Shown here one piece after another: positions 1-13,112 of a stretch of DNA of 64,000 nucleotides; within the stretch, counting starts at the first letter, position 1, and every line of letters begins with the position of its first letter. The position numbers were made by a program, and so were the translations under genes. The notes under the pieces are model-generated. The model saw only the letters and a list, made by a program, of their open reading frames with translations. It ran no database searches and was not told where the DNA came from. Source of the DNA: Adineta vaga (taxonomy: Eukaryota; Animalia; Rotifera); the NCBI GenBank assembly GCA_021613535.1, contig CP075496.1:2418001-2482000 (forward strand). The letters run 5' to 3'.

Positions 1-10
1 TTTCTTCTAG

Positions 11-625
11 GAAGCAATATCTAAAACAGCTGTCGCATCAGTCGAACGTGTCAAACTTCTTCTTCAAACTCAAGATGTCAATCAGAAAATTGCTCAAGGA
101 CAAAAATATAATGGATATGGTGATTGTCTTGTTCGTTGTATTCGAGAAGAAGGTGTAATTTCTCTTTGGTGTGGAAATTGGGCAAATGTTATACGTTATT
201 TTCCCACAGATCATTTTTTTAGCAAACATTAAACTGTGGTATGGCAGGTGCAACAGGTCTCCTATTTGTCTATCCATTTGATTGTGCTCGAACACGTCTT
301 GGCTTTGATATTGGCAAATTTGTTCAAGAACGACAATTCAAAGAAATGAATGATTGTATTATTCAAATCTATAAAGTTGATGACATCCAAGATTATTTCA
401 TTCGTTCTCCTTATTGAATAATGAAAATTTTCAAAAAAGTTGGATGTTTTCGATCTTTATCATGGTTTTCCTGTTGGTGTCGCAGGTATATTTGTTTATC
501 GAGCATTCTATTTGGTTGGCTATGATACTGGTAAGATCGTTTCAATGAAATCTATCAAATATATATCGTAGTGTTGGTTCATCACTTGTTCTTTATGATG
601 AATTCAAACGATGGTTAGTCTTAGC
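11..625 (+). pseudogene. ADP/ATP translocase (mitochondrial carrier SLC25A4/5/6-like) pseudogene fragment
   Basis: After an acceptor AG at 9-10 it reads [22 protein letters not shown]...[16 protein letters not shown], then loses frame (TAA ~230). It resumes as GMAGATGLLFVYPFDCARTRLGFDIGK, then GFPVGVAGIFVYRAFY..GYDTG, then jumps to the C-terminal SLVLYDEFKR. The QALNFAFKD segment and the third repeat (RRRMMM) are missing; the carrier-motif Pro is replaced by Ser. The 5' end lies outside the window. Confidence 0.85.
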
Positions 626-900
626 TAATCAATCATCTCGTGCAAAATAATTTCGAATTTATTCTCAAAACAAATTTATATTCAATGTTATATTACTTGC
701 ATTTTTCTTCTCTTAGTAAATTAAACGATCTGATCATTCCATTGGTTTCTTTTCTTATCTGTTCTTTTCTCTTTTACTTTTAATAATAGTGAATTCATAT
801 CTATAAAAATATTCTCTTTTATTCAATTCAAACATACATTCCTCTCGTATCATGAGACATAACTATTTCTTTTCTTTTCTTTTCTTTTCCTTTTTTACAG

Positions 901-1134
901 ATGACGACTTCAAATCAACAACTAGTTGATCTGGATTGGAAATTTGCAATTAATGTAGCTAGCAGCGAAACTGAGGGTAACACTGGTGCTGCTCGACTTT
1001 ATTTAAAACTAACAACAATGTCGAATAATGGCACGAATCGTACTGATATTCCTCTAAGTGTCACCTTAGAACAATTCTATGCACTTGTCCATCAACTTGA
1101 AAAAGCCAAACTGGAAATGGATGTTTATGCTTAA
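901..1134 (+). CDS. COMM-domain protein (COMMD7-like sequence, COMM domain only)
   Basis: 77 aa ORF LVDLDWKFAINVASSE...LYLKL...VTLEQFYALVHQLEKAK matches the COMM domain pattern and is closest by eye to the COMMD7 C-terminus. A long pyrimidine tract and AG sit directly before the ATG. Confidence 0.8.
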   Translation: MTTSNQQLVDLDWKFAINVASSETEGNTGAARLYLKLTTMSNNGTNRTDIPLSVTLEQFYALVHQLEKAKLEMDVYA

Positions 1135-1404
1135 GAGAAAACAATTCGTTCTTTTTTTTTGACCTTTTTTCTTTTTATCTATTTATTTTTTTCCAACGAG
1201 CATCGTGTTTGTGTTTTTTTTCTTACAATTGCATCACATAAGAGAGACAGAAAGAAAAACGAAAAAGAACCAAAGGAACAAGAAAGAAAAACGTGAACTG
1301 ATAAACAAAGACAGAGAAAAGAAGAAGAAGACGATGATGATGATGAAATAATGTCTCACTGTGCTGAGCTAAGTTTTCTTTTGAAAATAGATATGAAACA
1401 ATGA

Positions 1405-3010
1405 CTAAGCACGTCCTCGTTGTACAAAATCATTTAATTTCGTACAAGATGGTGTACCTTGGCTTTGCGCTTGACGATAGAGTCCATTATCATTCATCAT
1501 TCGAGCACGCCACATCATTGATTCTTTATATTGTTGTTCACGATAACACTGATGCCGTAGATCAGATGTATATTCGTCTATGACTGATGATTCAAATTTA
1601 TCTATTTCAGCATTAGTTTTTGATGGACGAAAATCAGCTTTGACATAATATTCAACATTGGATAAACGAGTAAAACGTTGTTGAGTGTACTTTCTATAAA
1701 AATATATATGGAATAATTGATTCAAAGTTTAAAAAGTGATAAGATTTATACCCAGTACGGTGCAACTGAAATTGAGGTTCACTCACTAAAAATGTACCGA
1801 TAATTGAAATAAGAAATAGAAATAAATAAGGCAGTAATTGCGCAAGTGTGTGAGTTGTCTAAAGGAAAGAAAACAAATGAAAATAAAAATCAATGAAATT
1901 AACAAACATTTTGTGTTTGATTTTGTGTTGAATGAGTTGTGTAATGAAAGGGACTCTGTTGTTGACGACGTCGATAGGTACGATTTGATGGTCCTAAAAT
2001 AATAAAGATGAGTTATGCATCAATACAAGTGAAATTACAAATTGTAACACGATATGAATAGGACTAGATAGTCTTTGGTAATCAAATTATTAAAACTATA
2101 CCTGAGTATCCAAAGAAAATATTGAAAATCTCTTCGGCTGAAAAATCATCATCTTCATAATAATAATATTGTTGTGAACTACGTCCACCACCACCATTAC
2201 TACCACGATGATATTGAGGTTCCATCGCCTGACCATATTGATCATATTGTTCTCGTTTTTTTGGATCACTCAAAATTGAAAATGCTTTGCCAATAGCTAT
2301 ATCAATATTAAAAATAAATACAATAACACCTACAAATTAATCACGATAATTTACCTTTAAAAGCATCTGTAGCACCCGGTGCTTTACATTTATCTGGATG
2401 AAACTAGATAGACATATATAAAATTTAAATTGAAAATCTTTGCTCTTTGTTTCAATTTACTTGAAGTGCTAATTTACGATAAGCTTTCTTCAAATCAGCT
2501 TCAGATGCTGTTTTACTAACACCGAGAATTTCATATAAATCTTTGCAAGTTTTAACTCTAATAATACAATTTAAATAGCATAGATTTTTTTTCGTTAGAA
2601 ATACTTACTTTCGTACAGCATCAACTTCTTCAGAAGTATAATCATTCGAAGAAGTTGTATTGCTATTCGTTGTTGTTCTTTGTCTTGCATGGGATGCATT
2701 TCCATTTGTGGTTGCTTGATCATGATTTGCGGATGATGCTGATTCATGAGTTCTATGATTTGCTTTACTTGATGAAGATGATGTCGAATGAGAATTAGCA
2801 TACATCAGTCGTTCGATGAGATCTAATATCATTTCAATAGAAGAAATATATATTCAAAAATCAATGAAAGAATATACCTTTAGCTTTTTGCGTAGGAAAA
2901 AGACTTTCTGATTTATTAAGATATCGAAGTGCTCGTTCATTGTCATTTGCAAGTATGGCTGTTTCTGCAAGTTCAATGTAATGTAATGCTGAATCTTTGT
3001 TTGCTTCCAT
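1405..3010 (-). CDS. DNAJB12: DnaJ homolog subfamily B member 12/14 (ER membrane J-protein, DUF1977), multi-exon
   Basis: Exons give [16 protein letters not shown]..., a J-domain ([57 protein letters not shown]), a TM segment and a DUF1977-type C-terminus ([14 protein letters not shown]...TPSCTKL). Confidence 0.92.
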
Positions 3011-3641
3011 TGTTGAAGACAGGATAAAATACAGTTAGATAAATAAAAAAGGAAAATTAAATTGACGAGATGACTGGAACAAACAACGACATTGAAAACA
3101 AGACAAACAAGAAACAAACTAAGATGTGTAGATGTTGCTAACCAAGGCCAAATGTGAGAGATACAAGCACCTGTTATATCGAAAAAAATATATAAAGATT
3201 TGTAAGATGTTTCGAAAAACTGAAGAATAAATAAATTATGTCATTGAATACTTGAAATGAATAAATATGCTTATAATATCGCCATGCAGGCAGAGAGCAG
3301 TCAGGTCATAATCTCCATTTCCTAATAACAAAGGTCTCTCTTTCGTATCTGATTGGATACTGTATATCGCCTATTACGTAAATTTTTTGACATTCGAAGG
3401 ATGTCACTACTGATCATACATTGCGATGACAAAAATAAAAAGCATAGCTATCAAAAATGTCTTCTGTTATTTAAAATCGAAATTTTGAAAATATTATTTA
3501 CAGATTCTATTGAACAAAACTTTTTCCATTGGTGTTCATCGTTAGTAAACTTAAAAATCAAATTACAAAACGAAGCCACAATAAAACAAAATTGAATTTA
3601 TAATAGACTAAATAAAAACATTTCTTCCAATACGTAATTCA

Positions 3642-5193
3642 ATGGGTAACAAATCCAATACTCCTACAGATCATTCCGTCACTTCTTCATCTCCTCCTCC
3701 ACCTCATCCTCCTTCATCTCCTCGGACTACAACAAGTACAGCTATCCTCAATGCTCCTAACACAACAGTAATGCCTACTACACCTACTCCTGAAACGACG
3801 TTTGTATCGTATCCAACAGATGATACTCTAATAACAACAACAGCAGCAACAGCAACAGCAATTGAAAGTTTGTCTAAAATGCAAAATAAACTCAACGATA
3901 TAATTCATCTTTTTCTCAGGTACTTCTAAACCAACATTCCATTCTGTTGCAACAACCCTCATTAACAAGGAAGAAAATTCATCAAAACCTGCTGTGAAAT
4001 CAGCTGCTAAGCAATGGTATAAATGGAGTAAATCTGAAAAACTAAAGCTTGAAAAAGGTAAAGTACTTTGGTATATGAATCCAACAGTTCCAAATACCAA
4101 TACGGATATTGTTCCTACGGAAACAATAACAACAACAGTGACAACGCCAACGATAAAAATACCGGAATCTAATACAAAAGACACATCCGATGATACAAAT
4201 ATTTCTGTGTTGCCAAGTTATCAATTACGTTCAACCACTACACACAATCCTCCTGATATTGATCGTGCTCCATCATTTCAACGTGAATTGACAAATACAG
4301 ATGTCTCAAATTTTAAATACTATCATCCAGATGAACGTTCTAAACAATCGGTATGAAATATTTTGTTGCTTTTTTTTCGAATGATAATAATTAAAATAAA
4401 GATTAGATAATATGAAAACATTTTCTATTTGATAGGGTGGTATACATACAAAAGCAACGATGTATCGAATGAATACGATATTAAAACAAACACCGCTACC
4501 AACGCAATCATCTTCCCTCATAGGAACAAATCCTGGTGATATCACGACTACCTCTACAAAACCAATAGAAGATCCATCAACGATACGTACATATGTTTCT
4601 CGTGGTCTACAAACTGATCTTGAAGTACAACCGATGAATTCATCTTCATCACAAATGCGCTATTATGAAAAACAACAATCTCACGTAAGATCAAATCGAT
4701 CTCTATTGATAAAATTACTTCATTTTAATTTTTCCTATTGAAATAGATTGTACCACTTTCAGCACTATCTGATTATACTTCTAATAATACTGGATTGTAT
4801 CATTTAACACCACAAAGTACAAATTATGAGTCCACACTTCCACCGATTAGAGAACCATCACAAGACAATGCTGATCAATTTCAATCATCATCTGTTCATT
4901 CTAATCCTTCTGTACAGACATCAATCTTAAAAAAATCATCAACAGTATTATCTCAAGAAACAACTAATCCTCTTTCCGAACAAACACATGATCAAGTCGT
5001 TGAAGAATTACGTAAACGTAATAAAGACTTTAAAGATGGTACATATCGTGTAAAAAAGGTTCATCTTTTGGAAAAATCTGACCTGCAGCCACCACCACCA
5101 CCACCACCATTACTCAAAGTTACATTTAATCTTCCACCAACAAAAGCTAGTCAAAGTATTACGAGAAGTGAGAAATTATTTTCTAGTAGTTAA
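3642..5193 (+). CDS. Orphan Thr/Ser/Pro-rich low-complexity protein, about 4 exons
   Basis: Four consecutive + strand ORF segments are joined by short GT-AG introns (about 3867-3919, 4351-4435, 4684-4747). No recognisable domain. Confidence 0.65.
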
Positions 5194-5305
5194 TTATTTG
5201 AATCGAAAAAAAATAGGCAGGCAAATAAACACGAAAAGAAAAGAAAAAAGAAGAAGATGAAGACGATAAATGTATTTTTGTTTCTGTTCTATGTTTTCTA
5301 TTCGT

Positions 5306-6329
5306 TTATGAATAAAAGTCATAATTTGTTGAACAATCATTATGAATAGTTGATAATTTATTGATTCCATTGGTTGGATTGTATGTAAAATAAGATGATA
5401 AATTATCAATTGTCGAATGATTATTCAATGTTTCATGTGGAACAGTTTGCGGGGGTGTTGATGAGATGATGCCAGTGGTATCAAATGTTGGAAATGTGTA
5501 ATGATTTGATGTATTATAAAATGAATGTCTGGTCCAATAGGGATTGTTTGGATTGAATTTTGATTCATTTGTTGAATAGACATTTGTTGTTGATGATGAT
5601 GATGTTGGATATGGAGAAAATGAACCTTGAAATGTATTTGGATAAAATGTTGATGGATAAAAAGGTACATAATTTTCATCTGATCGAATTTGTTGTTTGA
5701 TTTTATTTGTTGATGATGATGATGAATAAAATGCTGAATTTGTTGAAGATGAAGAAGAGGAGGAGGATTTATTAACGGATGTTGTTGCAGATATTTTTGG
5801 AGAAATTAATGTTGTACCTTTATTAATTTGTCCATTACGTGATATGAATGGATAAAGTGTTTGAGGATCGCAGACAAAACGGTAAACATAACGTTCACCA
5901 GCTACTTTTTGCATGATACCTTTTTCATAATAATAACGAAGTGATCGTGATAATTTGTCATAATTCATTGAAGGGCGATTTTTTTGTACACCCCATAAAC
6001 GTGCAACCTAGAAATTAGACGAACGAAAGATATTATTGATAGAATCCGATCGAAGTTTTTCTATTTACTTCTTCAGGTTCAACTAATTTAAATTCTAAAC
6101 CTTTTCCTGTCCAAATAATAATCGTACCATTAAGACCATCTTCGAGTAAAGCTAATAAAAATTGCCATAATTGAACTGAACCACGTCGACAATATAATTG
6201 AGAATCACGAACTGATTTCCATCGACGTTCTAAATAAATGAGTCATGAATAAAACTCGTTTCTCATTCAATTTTCGTTTATTTTACCTCCACGACTTCGA
6301 GGTTGTTCACTCGTCGATCCGCAAGACAT
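5306..6329 (-). CDS. ETS transcription factor, PEA3 (ETV1/4/5) subfamily
   Basis: Three exons give [17 protein letters not shown]...[63 protein letters not shown], the PEA3-type ETS domain. The start codon is tentative; an upstream exon with a donor near 7094 is possible. Confidence 0.9.
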
Positions 6330-8389
6330 TCTATTAATACTAAATAATAAAAAAAGAGAAAAAAATGCATTCAAATGATTTTGATGTTTGAGATTTTTTT
6401 CTTAATAAAGGCACTCATCTTAATTATCGTGTCTTCTATACTCGTTATTAGAATTGAAATATAAGAATAAAAGTAATAGCAATCTTTTCTTTTTTTTTCT
6501 GATGTGCACAAGTCAATTAGATATTTCATTCTTCTCCCCACGTCGTAGACAAAAAAACTCAGAATGAGGTCTCTCTTTTTCTTATCATTAGTCAAATATA
6601 TATAGAGGTGTTATATAGAGAACTAACTCGATCATTAAAATAGATATATTATATCTATATTCGTGTTCAATATGACAAGAAAGAAATGATCGCTCTATTA
6701 AGAAAACCAGAAACATAACTTCAATCGTTCTAGTACATCACTCACGTGCACATATCAATCATTTGTCTTCTCTTTTTTCCTAAAGAACAGATCATCATTA
6801 TCAAATCTCATATACAAAAGAACACTTATCGGAAATTAATCAATAATTTCTCACTTTCTATCAACTAATCCATTGGACATGACATGTCACAAATTTTCCA
6901 AAAAGATCTATCGAAAAGCTCATTAGATAATAACCAGCATTGAATATATCTCAAGAAAAGAAGACGATCAAAAATCGTCCGATATTGCTTTCCAACCGGA
7001 TATAGAAACTCAATGTTCAAGAAGAGATCCAGTTTTTGGACGTTATCATCTCATGTCATTGATAATGTTAACAATCATTTATAATGGAACTTACCCTTGA
7101 GCGTTTAGTTGTCAGCAATGATTAGCCGACAATAGTTCGTCACTTTACCGTTCGAGCAGGTGTGCGTTGTGATGATGATATGTTCTCTTCTTTTTGATTT
7201 CAGCTTGGAATATGAAGAAGAAGAATAAGACACTTGAAGGCGACTAAATGCTGAATTGTACGAGTTTTTTTTTCAATGAATTAAATCTCTGATCATCTCG
7301 TAATTAGAAGAGAGAAATAGAAGAAGGAGAGAAAAAAAACTTATCAGATTAATATAGACTATGCACCAATCGGAAGACATCTTGATGATATTTTCATAAC
7401 CAATGATAATCAAGAGAAGAGAAAAAGAAACAAACTTTATGTTCAAATCAACATGAATCTCTCATTAATCATTTCTAACTCAATGTCATTTAACTGCTTC
7501 TCCATTGATAGGAATCTATAGTTTATAAAAAAAATGAAATATAAGAATGTTTTATCTTGTTCTACATGCAATTTAATGTAATAAATTTTTTTCAACAAGT
7601 TCAATCACGGTTGGATATCATCAATAGTTTCAAGTAGATTGATTTGATAAAAGATTTTCATTGTTTCGAAATGAGAAATGATTCATTGTTGACATTCGTC
7701 AAATATTTATATCCATCATTCACTCAGATTATATAAAATTCATAGAAAGAGAATTCTGCTTCTTTTTTTCTTTCTTATTCGATTATTCTTAGAAGTTTTA
7801 ATTTGAGTCTGAGGAAAAGAAATGCTCAGTATGTAGCATAGATGATTTCTAATTTAGATTTTATGAATATATTTTCGATCTTTACATGAAGTTTCAACAA
7901 TTAATTTCAAGATTGTGAGATCATCAAACCAGACATGATCTATGATACAGTTTTACAAGAAAATCTTCATCTGTGTTTTTGCAAAAAAATTTTTAAAGAC
8001 TTCATGGTTAAATGAAACTAAACATCCTGTAAATTCTCTCCATTTCTCATATTACAAAAAGAGGTGTTGTTTGATTCTTGTCATTAAGCTTGTTCTATCG
8101 ACATTTCTATGAGTAAGAAAAAAGAAACTGAAGTTTCATATTTGTCGCTATATCGGTCAAAGAGAAATCGAAAAAATTTCTTGTATATTTTTCTATCTCT
8201 CTCTCTAGAAAATAAATCACCAAACATATTCTTTATGTAAAAAAGAAAGAAAGAAAGATCGGAACAATAACAATATTAACGCCAATAACATACTTATCAT
8301 CACTGGAGAAAAACAGAATCTGATAGAAACTAACTATAAGAAAGAGTTAAAAGAACAAATCATGAAAATCAAAAATCTAATTAGTCTAA

Positions 8390-11205
8390 TTAAAATTCTA
8401 CATGAGTAGAATGTGAAGTTGTTACGGCAATTGTTTCATCACATGCTGATGGAGTTTCAAATATCATCGCATATTCACATCGACTTGGTTCTCGAACATC
8501 AACTGGTTTATGTTCGATTCCACAACGAAATGTAACGGTTAATGAACGCGATGGACCATTCCAACATGTTGCACCATTAGCATATTTCATACGTAAATAT
8601 TTATTATCAACTGGACCAGTCCACGAATCCCAATAACCAATTGTTACCTCACTACCACCACCTTTTTGAATTTGTCTTGCATCTTTAAACATACACACTC
8701 GATATGTATATTCTCGTTCTTCATAATCGTAACATTGATCGATAAATGCAGAATATTCTCCTTGTGGTCCTGTATCAACATTGGATTGTTTCTTTAAATC
8801 TCTAAACGAAAAACACTCGATTACAATCTTAAAGTTTTAATTTATATAGAAAGAATGTACTCAATTTGTTGTTTTATGTGAAGAATTCTTCCATCAACTG
8901 CATTAAATTCATTTCGTGCTTGATCAGCTATTTGTATCAGTCGTTTTGTTTCTTCATCATATTCAGGTGCTGTATCATCATGAATATGTTTTTCATGTTC
9001 AAGTGACTAAAATAGAAATAGAATTTTAAAGCTATATTTTAACTTTCCTATCTTCTTACAGTTGGTATTGATGATGATTGACGATATGTTTCCATATCTT
9101 CTTCGGTATGATGCTCGTGTGATGATGATGATGATGATGGTACATTTGTTGTGTCATCTTGTTGATTATCAGAAGTTTCTAATGATGGTTCGGGAAGTGG
9201 TGTTGGTTCGGGTGGTGGTCGTGTTGGTTCAGGTAGTTTTTTGTATGAATTGGATATTTGATCGAATACTGTTGTATTAAAATCGTCTAAATTTACTGAA
9301 TCAGCACCAAGAATTGTCTGTTTTATAAAAATACAAAATAAAAAATCTTCTTCTACATATTCAGAAATCTTACTCGAACTTCATCAACACTGAACTCATT
9401 TTCTGTATCAAGATCAAGTTCTGTATGTTGTTGTAATTCATCAATAGATACTCTAGAAAACAAAAGCAATGCATTATTTAATCTTCATGAGGAAAAATTG
9501 TCGAAACATACAATGAATCTCCATTTGTATCTAAATCAACAAACATTTCACGTATTTGACGATTACGAAGAATAGCTTCATATTTCGCATGTTGTTCTAT
9601 CAAGAAACAGGCACTTCATTCAATAGTGAAAATAGATAATAACAATGACAAACCTTCCCATAACTTTTGATGTTTATCTTTTGCTTCCTTTTCAGGTAAT
9701 TCAGCTTGACGTTTCAATTCTACAAGGAAAAAAAAATAGTCAATCATAAAGATTCCTTTTCTTACCTTCTTTTCCTTTCAATTCATTTTCAGCAAGTTTT
9801 AAATCTTCTTCAAATTCTATAAGACGTTTCTACATAGAAAACATCGAATATTTTAAATGTTAATTTTTGCTTTCGAAAAAATCTACTTGTCGTTCAGCAT
9901 TACTAGCAATTGATTTCGCAATAATCTCTTTCTTTTTGGCGACACCTGCTTCATGTAATACTCGTTTCGCTTCACGTTCAGCTTGATTTTTCTGTGCCAA
10001 TTCACTAAAACAGAGCAATGAAAGCAAAATTAGTTTCATTCGATGATTTATTTCGATAAGCAAATATAAAAGAAAATTCATATAGAAAAATAGAATGTGC
10101 AAGACAATATTCATCCGATTTAGACAGTCAAATTTGTTTTTGATCAAGAAAACTCTTCCTACAGAAGATAACATACAAAACAAAGGTTGAATAACTTAGA
10201 CACTATATTTCAAAACAGAACGTTTATGTTGTTCGCGAAATAATCTGAATAAATTAGTTCGATAAGAATAAATCAAACAAAATAGAAACACGATGAAAAT
10301 CAAGGATTTCCATGAGAAGAAATTAATCGAATAGGTTTCATCGATTACTGTTCGATTTAGATATTTATCAATTAATAGCCCATGTTCACTAAATAGTCGA
10401 TTGTTTTCAGTTTTAATTGTTGATGTGTGTTGAGTTTTGACGTTTTTAAATTGTTTAAAACTTTTCTTATTCGGAAATTTTGTTTGATAAAAAACTAAAT
10501 TGTTTGGTGAATTTAGTAATAATGAATGAGAAGAACTGTGAGATGAACTAAAATATGAGACGCGAAAAAAGAAATACGAACTAAGTTTATCCAAGAAAAT
10601 CTTCCAGAAAGAATAAAAGAAAATATTCGATATCGATGAAAAATACTTACAAACATGTGTTGTTGCAAACAATATTCGTTTCATATTCATCTGATCCATC
10701 ACAACAATCTAATGAATAACGATATTGTTTTACAATTACATCAATTATAGACAATACATACCACAGATACCATCACCAACGAAATGAGATGGTATTAACG
10801 TTCCAACATAACCTTTATTTTCACAGAAGAATCGTCCATTTGGACAAGCGGATGTACCTGGTTCATCACTACCATCTAAGAATATACACAAAAAACAATT
10901 ATTATTGAATATCGATTCTTATTTTAACTAACCTCGACAATCACAGTAATCATCATTGATAAATTCGTATGGAATGGTTAATGAACCATCTAGACAATTG
11001 AATGGTTTTGATGGAACATACATTGAAAGAACTAAATTTTCAAACAAAGAAAAAAGACGTTTTTGTTTTTCGAATTATAAAAATGAATTTAGTCATTACG
11101 TGAAGTTTGAACACCACGTAAGATAGTTTGTTCGACATTTCCACCACTAATTAATGTCAAAAGGCATGAGAGAAGAAAGAGATTCACGCAGGACGGAAAC
11201 ATCAT
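8390..11205 (-). CDS. PRKCSH: Glucosidase II beta subunit, multi-exon
   Basis: Signal peptide, then [44 protein letters not shown]...DGICDCCDGSDEY, coiled coil, EF-hand-like segments, an acidic/Pro stretch, MRH domain (YANGATCWNGPSRS...EPSRCEY) and a C-terminal HVEF (HDEL-like). Confidence 0.95.
10196..10547 (-). CDS. Candidate alternative terminal exon of PRKCSH (stalk + TM helix + short basic tail)
   Basis: Lies in the only long intron of the gene. Acceptor TTTTAG ends at 10548 and has the same phase as the donor at 10650. The frame is open for about 116 codons and ends with a hydrophobic segment (SLIFIVFLFCLIYSY) followed by basic residues. Confidence 0.6.
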
Positions 11206-12089
11206 TCAACACGAAATAAAAAAACACAAGAAACAATTGTTTGTAGATTTAATTCCTCTCCTTCTCATACATTGCACATCTGTCTTGTTACATTGCTATT
11301 GGTGTCCAAGAATAACGAATCAAATAACTTTCATTCTTTCTTTTTCTTTTTACAAAATGCAAAAAAAAGTGTTTTTACAACATACGATTTCTTTCCTCAA
11401 ATATACAAGCTGTCTTAGTACAAGACTGTTTCGTATGAAAGAAACAGTTTTCAAAGAACTCTTTCTCAAACGACTTGTCCATAAATAATAGAAGATGATG
11501 TTGACGAATGAATAAGCAGAAAAACGGAAGAAATGAAGATAAATAAAACAAGAATTTGTATCAAGCAAACAAAGAAAAGAACATAAAGACTAGACGTTGA
11601 CAAACTATGATATATGTTTTGACTGTTCACGATGCTTGATTAATGCTATCAGTGAGCAACAGTTTCTTGGATTTTATCTGGGTACAGCGGAATTGATTTC
11701 CTGAGGATTTCATGTTTTTCTATTCGAAAATGAATGATGATTAAAAACTGTTTGTTCTATTCAATATACTTAAAAATAAAGCTTAATTCATCTTAAAACT
11801 TCGAATTGTATCTGACATTCATTTGATGAAAACAGCAAGATGATGTTGAGAAATAGTATGATTTTCTGTATACATAGATGTCGTGATCTATAGCTTGAAT
11901 ATAAGGGCGCCACGTATGTTCAAAAGCAAATGCTTTGACAAATAAGAAGGTTTTATCCCACTTGAGAGATCTCATTGGTCAGTCAAAAATTTACGAAATG
12001 TAAAAACCAGACGAAGAGAGAAGAGAAGAGAAGAAGAAATAGAAGACAAGAATCATCTTAGTGCTTTTATCCTTTTTTTTAAAACTACG

Positions 12090-13112
12090 ATGTCGATAAT
12101 TATCAATACCAATGAAATCTCATCAAATTGGAAGACTTTAGCCGTAAATATATTCGATGATTGCTATATTTGATATTATTCATATGTTTATTTAGACAAA
12201 AATGCCTGTTAGTGCAATTAAAAAGAAACAAATTGAAACAGCACAAACATCAGTTCGACCACCGAAGTATTTTGTTTTTAAATGAATAATGACATCTGAT
12301 TATTTAAAAATCATTTAGATTAACCAAAGCAGTTTGTCTCGATTGTGAAATGGTTGGTGTTGGTGAAATGGGTATGGATAATATGCTTGCTCGAATATCA
12401 ATTGTTAATCAACTTGGACAATGTCTATACGATAAATATGTTAAACCAACAGAACCTATCGTAGATTATCGAACAGCAGTTAGTGGAATTACTGAACAAG
12501 ATTTAGAAAATGGTTTGATTAAAATTGATGCAAAAGAATCTTTTTTTTACTATGAAAGATTTTGTAGGAATTCCTCTTGATGTCATTCAAAAAGAAGTGT
12601 CAGATATTATACAACATCGAACACTTGTTGGTCATGCAATACATAATGATCTTCAAGTAAATTTCTTCAAAATTTTATTGAATCTACAGGAAATCTGAAG
12701 ATTACTTTTTCAATTTGTTATTTCAAGGTTCTGTTTTTAAGTCATCCTAAACGACGTATTCGAGATACACAGCGTTATAAAGGTTTTCGTTCATTATTTA
12801 ATGGTGGTTTACCTTCATTAAAATTATTAGTTGAGAAAGTTCTCGGATTGAAAATTCAAACTGGTGCTCATGACTCCGTACGTAATGACACATTTCAAAT
12901 GAAATTTTCGAAATTATTTATCCAACAATTTCTAGGTTGAAGATGCTCGTGTAACAATGCAATTATATGTTCAACATCGTCGCGAATGGGAGAAATCTTT
13001 ACGTGAAAAAAGCTCTTTAACTAGTGAAGAAAAACATAAGAGAATACGTGCACGTCAAAAACAAAAAAGATTACAAACTTCTTCATCTTCTCTTATTAAA
13101 AAAACGAAATAA
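12090..13112 (+). CDS. REXO4: RNA exonuclease 4 (DEDDh), multi-exon
   Basis: N-terminal SSNWKTL, then AVCLDCEMVGVG...LARISIVN...[54 protein letters not shown]. Confidence 0.92.

Noticed and set aside
3704-4545. Antisense ORFs with poly-Cys/Val runs
   Set aside because: They are shadows of the Thr/Ala/Pro codon repeats of the + strand gene.
9062-9280. ORF with poly-Met on the + strand
   Set aside because: Antisense to the His/Asp-rich exon of PRKCSH.
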